From Eledone cirrhosa (taxonomy: Eukaryota): DNA of 64,000 nt. The number at the start of each line of letters is the position of its first letter. Position 1 is the first letter of the stretch. Positions 11,828 to 21,505 of the stretch are shown one piece after another. The stretch lies in assembly GCA_964016885.1 (NCBI GenBank), contig OZ024742.1, positions 15,314,001-15,378,000 on the forward strand, in the 5' to 3' direction. Below the pieces are notes generated by a model. The model saw nothing but the letters and a program-made list of their open reading frames with translations. It had not been told where the DNA came from and did not search any database. The translations under genes were made by a program, and so were the position numbers.

Positions 11828-11980
11828 GTCATCTCATTTCTACAGCTGAGTAAACTGGAGCAATGTGAAATAAAGTGTCTTGCTCAAGGAAACAACACAT
11901 CACCCGGTCTGAGAATTGAACTCACAACCTTTCGATTGCAAGGCCAATGCTCTAACCACTAAGCCAGCCATGTGCCTCCA
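11828..11980 (-). mobile_element. 5' half of tRNA-derived SINE family B (CORE-like body)
   Basis: Minus strand reads ggcacatggctggcTTAGTGGttagagc..GAGTTCAATTC..tccttgagcaagacactttatttcacattgctccagtttactcagctg, with A and B boxes; similar to 17856-17975. Confidence 0.75.
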
Positions 11981-12008
11981 TATATATATATATACATACA
12001 CACACACA

Positions 12009-12231
12009 CAAGGTGCCCCCCCCCCCCCCCAATGTATATACACTTTGATTACCTGAACAGGCAATATTTATTAGAATGCATAGCCTTTCCCAAAAATAAA
12101 CTGATCCACAGACATAATTGTATGTAAACACCCAAAAATGTTTACATAATTTAAATAATGCATATAAAACAATTTATTTTAATGCATTTTTTAAAGGTTT
12201 TTTTCTGTATACATTTTTCTGGGACAGCCTG
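12009..12231. mobile_element. Tc1/mariner-type MITE
   Basis: caaggtgcccc..aatgtatatacacttt ... gtatacatttttctgggacagcctg-TA; shares gcaatattt(t)attagaatgc with 12554-12641. Confidence 0.65.
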
Positions 12232-12412
12232 TATATGTATAGTTGGTGTGTGAAATAGAGAGAGATTAATAGTTTATTAAAGCTGACTCTGTAACTCTGG
12301 AGATTCCCTTGCGTACTATAGGTTCCTCCTTAATCTTTAATATGGTATTGAGTACTCATTCTTATATTCATCAATACTAATGTGTGCATATACATATATA
12401 CACACACACACT

Positions 12413-12414
<2 letters not shown>

Positions 12415-12456
<42 letters not shown>
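12415..12456. repeat. (TA)n microsatellite
   Basis: Direct observation. Confidence 0.95.
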
Positions 12457-12460
<4 letters not shown>

Positions 12461-12553
12461 CATATATCAATTCCCTATACTTTTTTGCTAAATATCTAGC
12501 TATCTGTTTGCCTTTCTATATATATATAAATAAATAGATTATATATATATACA

Positions 12554-12641
12554 CAGGATGTACCAAAAAAATGTATTATCTGTGTGTGCAATATTTATTA
12601 GAATGCTGTTGAAGTGTCTATACATTTTTTGGGACACCCTG
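12554..12641. mobile_element. Internally deleted Tc1/mariner-type MITE (88 bp)
   Basis: CAGGATGTACCAAAAAAATGTAT ... ATACATTTTTTGGGACACCCTG-TA imperfect TIRs. Confidence 0.7.
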
Positions 12642-13525
12642 TATACATATATAAATACTCTATGGAAAGGTACATCAGATATTGAAAAGTAAAAACATAC
12701 ACATCACACTTAATTAATCGTTTGACACCAAAGAAATGAAAGTGTCTATTGATTTTTTTACATAATCAAACTATATTGGCTTGTTAAACTGTGAAATATG
12801 ACTTTTAACTTATGTATATTGTTTCCTTCCATTAGTATAGAGTTTAGATTAATTTCTTACCAACCATTCACTTTGTTGTAACCTACACAAAACTAGTATT
12901 ATCATTGATTTAACTCTTAACATCCTGTAATGATTTTAACATTAAAAACTGTAAAAACAGGTTTTTAATTCAAATGTTTATCGTATCATTATTAGCAGAC
13001 AGATTGTGAAACTAAGCTGTGTTGGTGTAAAAACTTTAGTTTTCAATGTGATGCAGTCATATTGCTGTATTTCTCAGTAATGTCTTGCTATTGTGATTTT
13101 ATGCAGTACATCATGTCAAGAGTTAAAAACAAGCAAACAAAATTTTTGAAAAATTCATTTGACTGTTTCATGTTTGCCTTCTTTATACTTAGCCTTTTTA
13201 TCTGCATTCTTTAATTTTTCCTTTTTTTTTCATTTTTCTTTGTTGTTATTCACATCTTATTTTGATATTTAGATTCCACTCCAACTAAAAACATTCATTT
13301 TATGATTTATACATTTTATTTCTTTAAAACAAAACAACAAAACGTTTTGATTTCTAAGATTATAAAACAAAACACACTTCTTCCAAAAATTATTTCATTT
13401 AATTATTTAGAGATAAAACACATTGTCATTTTCTATAAGAGTTTTTTAAATAATTCTTTTACTCTTTTACACATCAAAAGTGTTCAAATATAAATTAAAA
13501 TCTCATTATTACATAACAGATAACA

Positions 13526-13736
13526 GGTGGTGGGTTGGCAGTAATTGGTTGAGTGTCGGACATGCTTTGTAGTATGGAGTTACGGCCCTTTACGTTCTGT
13601 GCTCATATCCCGTTGAGCTTATAGCTTTGCCTTTCATCCTTACGGGGATTGATAAAATAAAGTAAAGTACCAGTAACACACTGGGGTTGGTTTATTCACC
13701 TTTTCCCTTCCTTTCAAAAGTGGAAACAATTATTAT
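13526..13736 (+). mobile_element. SINE family A copy, near full length
   Basis: ggtggtgggttggcagtaattggttgagtgtcggac..tttgcctttcatcc..gataaaataaag..taccagtaacacactgggg..gaaacaattatta. Confidence 0.8.
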
Positions 13737-13845
13737 CTAGCAGATAATATTAAATTTTATTAAATTTAAAGTTAGTTATTTCACTCAACCCCTCATATTT
13801 CTTGATTTCTTTAATAATTAAAACACAAAGGTTACTTTTGTTCGA

Positions 13846-14140
13846 AATATCACCACAAAAGGGTTAGAAATTCTTATTTACAAATATGGTCACAAAAGGG
13901 TTAGATATTCTTATTTCTAAATATGGTCACAAAAAGGTTAGATATTATTTCCAAATATGAAGAGTTAGATGTATGTTTTTATTACTAAATATAGTCATAA
14001 AAGAGTTAGATGTATGTTTTTATTATTAAATATGGTCACAAAAGGGTTAGATATTCTTATTTCCAAATATGGTCAAAAAGAGTTAGATGTATGTTTTTAT
14101 TACCAAATATGGTCACAAAAGAGTTAGATGTATGTTTTTA
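13846..14140. repeat. Minisatellite, 36-40 bp unit, about 8 copies (aaatatggtcacaaaag(g/a)gttagat..)
   Basis: Two alternating unit types: ..gggttagatattcttatttcc and ..gagttagatgtatgtttttattac. Confidence 0.9.
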
Positions 14141-14264
14141 TTTTGATATTATTTATTTTGAGAACAATACCTTAACATAAATATGAGCAGTTCGTTACGG
14201 CCGGTTTGAACAGAAAGAAGTGAGAGAATTCTGACTGGTTATGACTGGTTTAAATGTTAAAGGG
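14141..14264. mobile_element. Right half of MITE family P1
   Basis: ttttgatattatttattttgagaacaatacc..ggtttgaacagaaag..tttaaatgttaaaggg-TTAA. Confidence 0.8.
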
Positions 14265-14558
14265 TTAATGAAAGAATCTTATACAATCTAATAATGTTTA
14301 GGGCCAATCAGTTTTTATTTTACTCAGTCTGTGTTGTATAATGGTGTCTTTGATACAGTTGTATTGAAGCCCTACATGAGTTTTGGTGGAGCTGTTTGTA
14401 ATAGATTAACACCCCTACCCCATCACCTGCAACTGTCCTTAGTTCTATGATACAAAGAAAAGTCTTACTTTGTCATTTTATAGGTTATTCTGAACAAAAT
14501 TACCAATGTCCATTATCACATGAAGAAAAATTTTAAACACAAATGAATAAACATTGAT

Positions 14559-14751
14559 GTCTCTTTACTGACCACTAGCCACTGGTCTCTACTGACCACT
14601 AACCACTGGTCTCTACAGACCACTAGCCACTGGTCTCTACTGACCACTAGCCACTGGTCTCTGTTGACCACTAGCCACTGGTCTCTGCTGACCACTAGCC
14701 ACTGGTCTCTGTTGACCACTGGTCTCTGCTGACCACTAGCCACTGGTCTCT
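14559..14751. repeat. 24-bp minisatellite (ctctactgaccactagccactggt), about 8 copies
   Basis: Direct tandem units; one copy lacks an 8-bp agccact-type subunit; it produces the spurious RDQWLVVS ORF. Confidence 0.93.
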
Positions 14752-15423
14752 TTCCTTGGAGGTATTTTTACCCAACATTGACAGTATTTGGCTGTTTTAA
14801 CAGTTATTCCTGCGTTGAGTTTTTTTCATATTTCTATGAATTTCAACACAAATATTTAAAAGTCATTCTCTCATTATCTCCCTTTTTCCAAGCTATCTAC
14901 AAGGTGTTGGTTAATGCTTGAAGCTTATCATTTTCTAAACCCTTTATCTTAATTTATTCAAATTTGCTTAGCTTTCTACTGCTAAAAAAAAAAATAAAAA
15001 AAAATAAAATAAAATACTGTTTACATGTAAATATAAAACTATAAATTATATCTACTAATTTTATTCTTATAGGTATGTGGCAGGGTAAGTGGCTCTTTGA
15101 AATGTTTTTACTATTACTATTATTATCATTATTATTATTATTACACAATATGGGCAATATTTGCTGTTGGCCTGGTTTTTAAGATATGCATTATTTAATA
15201 ACAATTTGAAGATGTAATTTAAAAAAAAATTAAAATCCTTTCTTTACTCATGCACCTGAAGTGGAAACTTTTATTAGGAGCACCTCCGATTAAGAACTTT
15301 TCAATATTCATAGGAAGCTCAGCTCTTTGTCTATGAACTGTACATTTCAGTTTGAAGGCTGAAGCTGATTCTAGATAACTAAATGAATTATGAAAGAAAA
15401 ATGTAATGCAGTTTCCCTTAGAA

Positions 15424-15425
<2 letters not shown>

Positions 15426-15466
<41 letters not shown>
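15426..15466. repeat. (TA)n/(TG)n microsatellite
   Basis: Direct observation. Confidence 0.95.
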
Positions 15467-15765
15467 AAAAAAGGAAAAGAATGACTTCACTAGTAGTTGG
15501 TATTCTATAACAATTTAATTCTATAATTTTACAATTTTGCTATGTATATCTAATAAATCCATCTAATAAAACTTTGGTGGAAAGATTTTTTTAAAACCTG
15601 GTTAAGTTTCTGGAGAACTTCGCATTCATTGGTGGCGATTGTCAAACTGAAGGATTTAAAAAAAACTTTTCACTGAAAGGACTTACTAGTTCTACAGAGC
15701 AAAATTATAAAATTAAATTGTAATAGAATACCAACTACAAGTAAAGTCATTCGTTTCCTTTTTTT
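15467..15765. mobile_element. About 300-bp foldback (hairpin) element inserted in a TA tract
   Basis: Left arm aaaaaaggaaaagaatgacttcactagtagttggtattctataacaatttaatt.. is the near reverse complement of ..aattaaattgtaatagaataccaactacaagtaaagtcattcgtttcctttttt; arms about 115-130 bp. Confidence 0.85.
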
Positions 15766-16083
15766 AAATATATATATAATGACCAATTCATTATATCATT
15801 TTGATTAACAGCAATTTTTTTTCACTGTGCAACTCCAGATTCTTAGCTTAGCAAAAAATTAAGAAGTAATGTTAAATCACTGCTGTATATACATACATAT
15901 ATAATATAATATAATATAATATTTCAGCTCTCTTCCCGATTGAGCACTGTTTTACTTTTTCCTTTTTCACACCTATGGATATTGCTATATATATATATTT
16001 ATATAGTTAGTTGCCATTCTTATATGAACAGCTTTGAATCACCTGCTTCACAGGTTTTTATACAATAGCTTCTCACAGATACC

Positions 16084-16087
<4 letters not shown>

Positions 16088-16150
<63 letters not shown>
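16088..16150. repeat. (TA)n microsatellite
   Basis: Direct observation. Confidence 0.95.
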
Positions 16151-16153
<3 letters not shown>

Positions 16154-16341
16154 AAAGAGTCAAAGTCAGTGTTGCAGCATATGTACAAACTTTATTTGCA
16201 TATTACATTTGTTTCAATATTGATCAGTTCAGGGTACAATCAAGGTGATGGGGTTCCGACTTTTTTCCACATCTCATCAGATATGCGAGCTTATATATAT
16301 TTAGCACATATGCTGCAACACTGACTTTGACTCTTTTAAAT
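16149..16341. mobile_element. 193-bp hairpin element with perfect 36-bp inverted arms
   Basis: atttaaaagagtcaaagtcagtgttgcagcatatgt (16149-16184) and acatatgctgcaacactgactttgactcttttaaat (16306-16341). Confidence 0.9.
16198..16286 (-). ncRNA. Putative type I hammerhead ribozyme with minimal helix III
   Basis: Minus strand: GCAUAU-CUGAUGA-[GAUGU..AUAUU]-GAAA-C-AAAU-G-UA-AUAUGC: 6-bp helix I, complete CUGAUGA and GAAA cores, GUA cleavage triplet. Confidence 0.7.
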
Positions 16342-16711
16342 CTATTTACACTCTGCACACTACAGCTATAACACAGGGATACAACCCAGACAAAACTTGA
16401 TGGCATCTATCTTCCCCATTAGATGGCTATAAAGGTTTGGTTGTGTAAGATGAGTTTGGGAGAATAGGTGGTTCGTGTATGATTTGATGAATTCGGAGCA
16501 TTAGTATGGTTTTTTTGGCAAGAGTCGTGGCTACAGGCTGGCGTTTGGTTTTGGGTATTTGCTGAGGGTGAGTAGACTGATTGGTCTTGTTTATGTGTAT
16601 ATATATATATACACACACACACATGGATGAAACTGAAATGAAAGACATAGGATGTGGAGAAGATAGTCAATTAAATATCTCACATGTCAGGTGTTGGCTT
16701 GGGTCCATTGA

Positions 16712-16715
<4 letters not shown>

Positions 16716-16772
<57 letters not shown>
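16716..16772. repeat. (TA)n microsatellite
   Basis: Direct observation. Confidence 0.95.
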
Positions 16773-16775
<3 letters not shown>

Positions 16776-16792
16776 TTGTCTTATGTCTTGGG

Positions 16793-16841
16793 CAACCCGT
16801 CTAACCCATGGACGTTAAACGGTGATGGTGACGATAGTGAT
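16793..16841 (+). mobile_element. Short 3' tail of family C element
   Basis: caacccgtctaacccatggacgttaaacggtgatggtgacgat, matching 8712-8767 with an internal deletion. Confidence 0.7.
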
Positions 16842-16862
16842 ATATATGTATATATATATATA

Positions 16863-17121
16863 TCATCATCATCATCATCATCATCGTTTAACATCCATCT
16901 TCCACACTAGCATGGGTTAGACGGGAGTTGTCCCAATTTGAGGCAAGGTTGGTCGGGTGGCCGTGTCTCGCTCATATAGGACTATCTGGCAGGTCTTCTA
17001 TGGCTGGATGCCCTTCCTAACACCAACCACATTTACAGTGTGGACTGGGAACTTTTTACCGTGTTACCTACACGGCCACATTACAGCGTGGACTGTGTTT
17101 TTTTGTCGTGACACCTACACG
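16863..17121 (-). mobile_element. RTE-like retroposon 3' end, family C
   Basis: (CAT)n cgtttaacatcc..ctagcatgggttagacggg..gctggatgcccttcctaacaccaaccacatttacagtgtggactggg, followed by the ~45-50 bp duplicated unit. Confidence 0.78.
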
Positions 17122-17434
17122 ATATATAAATAAAATATTATCTGAGTTTAATGACATTTCTGCTACATCCTATATTGCCACACTTTTTACACTTAGAACA
17201 TTTTAATATACACTGCTAATTAAATATTTTTAAACATTTCTAAATAAACATGCTACCTCTGCTTTAATGAAATTTAATGAATATTAGATTTTTTTAAATT
17301 AACACTATTTTTTTCTTGATAGTTGTCAGTATACCACCATTATGGCATAATCTATTGCTTCTATCCACTATGTAGTAGATCTGCACAGATTAACAATCTT
17401 TATTAATACATTTCTTAATGGTTTACACTAAAAT

Positions 17435-17855
17435 TGCACCAAGGTCAACTTTGCCTTTCATCCCTCTGGAGTTGATAAAGTACCAGTAATGCATTGGGGT
17501 AGATTTAATCCTCTCACTCAACTCAAAATTGTTGACCGTGTGCCTAAATCAGAAACCATTAATATTACTATTGTTGTTGTTATTATTGTTAGAGGATTGT
17601 AAAGAATGTATTGCTGTATTTTGTTTAAGCTTTTTGCCCTCTAACTTCAAATCCCACTGAGATAACCTTTGCCTACAGTAGAATAATTGCCATTATTTTT
17701 AGGGCAGTACATATGAGAATAGGTTGTGAGCTAAACAATGTTTTGCAGTATTTACTGCAAGGTAACTGTAAGTTCTTGTATTCTAGGTTTATATCAGGTC
17801 TAACACTTTTCATCATTCCAATGTCAATAAAATTTGAAGCCTTGGTCCTATATTA
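17435..17855 (+). mobile_element. Cluster of truncated or degenerate SINE family A copies
   Basis: aaggtcaactttgcctttcatcc..gataaagtaccagtaatgcattgggg..tgtgcctaaatcagaaaccatt (17435-17560); acttcaaatcccactgagataacctttgcc (17643-17673); a further decayed copy to about 17855. Confidence 0.7.
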
Positions 17856-18110
17856 GGCACATGGCTTAGTGGTTAGGGATTTGGACTTACTATTGTAATG
17901 TCATGGGTTCGAATCTTGGCCCAGGTTGTATGTTGTGTTCATTTCATGTTGCCATCCACTCAACTGAAATTGAGTACCAACATTAGCTGGTAGTTAACTC
18001 AGTGATGGACTGGCATCCTGTCCAGGGGGTGTCTTCTACTCTCAATCATTTAACACCCATGAAACTGGGATAAGCCTGGTGAGCCTCCAGGTTAGGTACA
18101 GATTTTAACT
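17856..18110 (+). mobile_element. tRNA-derived SINE family B, near full length
   Basis: A box TGGCTTAGTGG, B box GGTTCGAATC, body ..tgagtaccaac..gatggactggcatcctgtccagggg..tactctca..gaaactgggataagcc..tacagattttaact. Confidence 0.8.
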
Positions 18111-18156
18111 GTTTTTAAACTCCTATATTATAAAACATTGATTATTGTGTTTATAA

Positions 18157-18335
18157 ATGGTAGAACTAGTAGAATGCTAGACAAAATGTTATGAAGACAG
18201 TTATGTCCCCTTTAGTTCTGAGTTCACTTCCTGTTAAGGTCAACTTTGTCTTTCATCCTTGTGGAGTCAAAGACTCAATCAAGTAGTGAAGTTGTCTTAT
18301 ACACTTTTCAAAAGTTTTTGTCTTATAATTACCAT
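18157..18335 (+). mobile_element. Degenerate SINE family A copy
   Basis: agacaaaatg..gttctgagttcacttcc..aaggtcaactttgtctttcatcc. Confidence 0.65.
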
Positions 18336-18465
18336 GGTTGTTTTACCATATTATTTGCCTAATTTGTTATTATTTTCAAAAGGTTATATCATAAAGCTTA
18401 AATCGGTATATATTTGTATTAATTTAAAATTGGACCATTCTTATTTATCAATATTTATTTTTTAA

Positions 18466-18720
18466 ATCTTTTGATACCAAACTGCCTGAAACTGCCCCTG
18501 GTTCTATGATATAAAACTGTTTATTTGAAAGTGTTTATATTTATCTAAAAACTGTCCACATAATTTAATTTAAGCAACTTTAAGTTATGTTTCAAACCAG
18601 TTTAATAATGAGAAAGTTGGATATATTAATAAATCCTTCTAAATTCTTGATTAATTTCAAAATGATTTGCAAAACTTAGGCAATGTCTTTCATTAGAAAT
18701 ATAGCAATTACAGGTTTGTA
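18466..18720 (+). mobile_element. MITE family P2, degenerate full copy
   Basis: TTAA-atcttttgataccaaactgcctgaaactgcccctggttctatgatata..cattagaaatatagcaattacagg; related pieces at 11178, 13770-13866, 14407-14555 and 18880-18907 (agaaatatggtaagaaagggg-TTAA). Confidence 0.6.
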
Positions 18721-19029
18721 ACTGAATCTATACTTGGTAATAATTCTTCTAAATATTATGGTTTGCTAATGATTAAAATACCATTTGTTATTAGACTATG
18801 ATTTAAAGTATTTTTATGAAATTATCCTCATCAGATTGCATCCATGCCATGCTTAACATAAATTTTACATTAAACTTGTCATTAGAAATATGGTAAGAAA
18901 GGGGTTAAGAATGTAATGAAATATAATATAGTGAAACCATGTCATCCAGCACTCTATGGACTCGGTCATTTATATTAGGAATAAGAAATGGGAAAGCTGA
19001 AACATTACTCTATATTTATTATTATATTT

Positions 19030-19207
19030 TTGTGGTAAAGGCTTTACCTTATAATTATCTCACATAATATCAAATCTATAAGATTTTGATATTATTTATT
19101 TTGAGAACAATATCTTAACATCAATATGAGCAGCTGGTTATGGCTGGTTTGAACAGAAAGAGGTGAGAGAATTCTGGCTGGATACAATTGGTTTAAATGC
19201 TAAAAGG
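19030..19207. mobile_element. MITE family P1 copy lacking its left TIR
   Basis: ttatctcacataatatcaaatctataagattttgatatt..gagaattctggctggata..tttaaatgctaaaagg-TTAA. Confidence 0.8.
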
Positions 19208-19966
19208 TTAAAGTATTTTTATGAAATTATCCATATCAGATTGTATCCATAAATTTTATATTAAACTTTATTGAGTTTATTATATGAATTATATCCCATC
19301 TTGTATTGAGTTCTTATTTCATGGGAACTTGTTAAATAACAATATAGAATGATTGCATTTACATATAAAAAAGTAACCCATTAGAACACATACACACACA
19401 TGTGTGTGTGTGTGTGTATATATGTATGTATATATATATATATGCGTGTATGTATACAAGCTTCTTTGCATCTATCATAAATTGCTGGCCTTTTGCCTAA
19501 GTTAGAAACTATTATTATTAATATTATTATTAGAATCTTTCATATAATAGTTTTTAAAGTTTCTCCTATTAAAACCCATTACAACTTGGGTAATTCATAT
19601 AAAAAAAAACAATCCATTTTGGAACTATTTTTGTATAAAACTTATAAAACTATTGCAAATGCTATTTGGTATAACATATAAGGAACATGATATTGCTGCT
19701 TCTGATGCTTCTGTTCATAGAATATTCTGGTTCAATAGTGTAGGAATGGTGGTTGAATATCTATAGTAGTTGAGGTGATGGTATATTGATAATGGTGTTT
19801 GTTGTAATTGATGATGGTGGTGGTGGTATTAGGATACTAGGTTGTTAGTATGACTACTAGTGCTAGATCATTCAACCATCATTTCTGCTAATGGACAAGA
19901 ATTTGAAAATCAGAAATAAACTTTACTTTCTTTTTTCTTTATCTTTTTATTATTATTTTGTCCGTC

Positions 19967-20360
19967 AGGGCAGTGAATTTTCAGAATCAGTAGAGCGTTG
20001 GACACCATGCTTTGCAGCATAGAGTTACAACCCTTTATGTTCAGATTTCAAATCCCACCAAGATTAACTTTGCCTTTCATCTTTACAAGGTTGATAAAAT
20101 AAAGCACCAGTAATACACTGGGGTTGATTTAATTCACTTTCCCTTCAAATTGCTGGCCTTGTGCCTAAATCAGAAATCATCAGTATCGGTAGAGGGTCAG
20201 ACGCCATGCTTTCTAGCATAGTTATGTCCCTTTATGATCTAAGTTCAAATCCCGCCGAGGTTAACTTTGCCTTTCATCCATACGGGGTCGATAAAATAAA
20301 GTACCAGTAATGTACTGGGTAATTGCTGGCCTTGTGCCAAAAAGTAGAAACAATTATGAT
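19967..20360 (+). mobile_element. Two head-to-tail SINE family A copies (about 19967-20180 and 20181-20360)
   Basis: Each has gtagag..ggac..atgcttt..ttcaaatccc..ttaactttgcctttcatc..gataaaataaag(c/t)accagtaat..aattgctggccttgtgcc. Confidence 0.85.
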
Positions 20361-20534
20361 TTTGCCTATCCTCTCAGTTTTTACAATGAACATCCAGTTG
20401 AACACCCAACTTGTAAATTAATGTGTAAGCTCTTGAATATTGTACAGACACGTGTAGTTTTAACATAACTCCTAAACCAGTGTCACTCAATATGTTACAA
20501 TGCTGAACCTTTCAATTACAGACACAATCTATCT

Positions 20535-20693
20535 GATGGCCTTTCACACAATTTCCGTTTAGCCAATTTCACTCAAGGCTTGGATCACTCTAAGACTATG
20601 ATAAATACAGTTGTCCAATATTCCCTGCAAGGGGATCGAACCTGGAACCCCATGATTATGAAGCAAACTTCATAATCACTTATCCATGCCTGT
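20535..20693 (-). mobile_element. tRNA-derived SINE family D, degenerate
   Basis: Minus strand caggcatggataagtg..aagtttgcttc..GGTTCGATCCC..ttggacaactgt..agccttgagtgaaattggctaaacggaaa: B box plus a body recalled from an abundant octopus SINE. Confidence 0.55.
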
Positions 20694-21338
20694 TAATCCT
20701 CTGCATCATAAAGAGGTGACTTAGTCATTAGAGTGTTAGTATTATTTTGTCCTCCAACTCAGTTTGTGTAATTTTGACAACCCCTCATTACACTACTTCT
20801 GTGTATTTATCATCCCCTAAGTCAATAAAACATTTATGAGTAGCATTCTTGACTGAGTCAAAAGTAACCAGCATTAGACTCATTACTACAAAATACACAA
20901 CACAACAACTTTTAAATCCATTTCCCCTTATTAAAGTATTGGTTTGCCTTGTAAACCCCCATGGAAGTCTTAATATACCTCATGGGTCCTTTTTGAAGCG
21001 ATGTTTTAAAGCTGGATGGCCCTCCCATGTTAGTTACCTCTTATAACACACAGAGGTATAGTATATCTATTTTAACCTGGGTATATACAGATGCCCTGCT
21101 ACAAAATGAACAGTTAATATATAATCTACACAAATAACCTGCCCACAACTTCTCTTCGTTTCTAATGGTTTTTATTTTACTTTTTCTTTAAATTAAATAT
21201 TTTATATTTCTGATGCTTATTTTTTTTTTACAGATTAAATGTGTTTTTTTTAAATTAATTTTTCTGTTTTTATCTTTTTAATGATTAATTTTGTTTTAAT
21301 TTGATTTCTTATATTTTATGATGTTTGTGATATAATTA

Positions 21339-21400
21339 GAGAGAGAGAGAGTGACTTAAAGGAATTAATGAGAGAGAGAGAGAGACTTAAAGGAATTAAT
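21339..21400. repeat. 31-bp direct duplication ((GA)n-gacttaaaggaattaat) x2
   Basis: gacttaaaggaattaat starts at 21353 and at 21384. Confidence 0.9.
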
Positions 21401-21505
21401 CCTTTATTGATCTTTTCTTTGTCTACATTTGTCCCCCTTTTTTAATATATAATTCTTTTATTTTACCTTTATAAACCCTTCACTCCTGTATTTTGCTATT
21501 TTGGT

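Noticed and set aside
14516-14743. RDQWLVVS repeat peptide
   Set aside because: Translation of the 24-bp minisatellite; no splice or context evidence for an exon.
17856-17930. tRNA gene (A and B boxes; also 11905-11980 and 20620-20693 on the minus strand)
   Set aside because: No intact cloverleaf or terminator; each continues into a dispersed SINE body.
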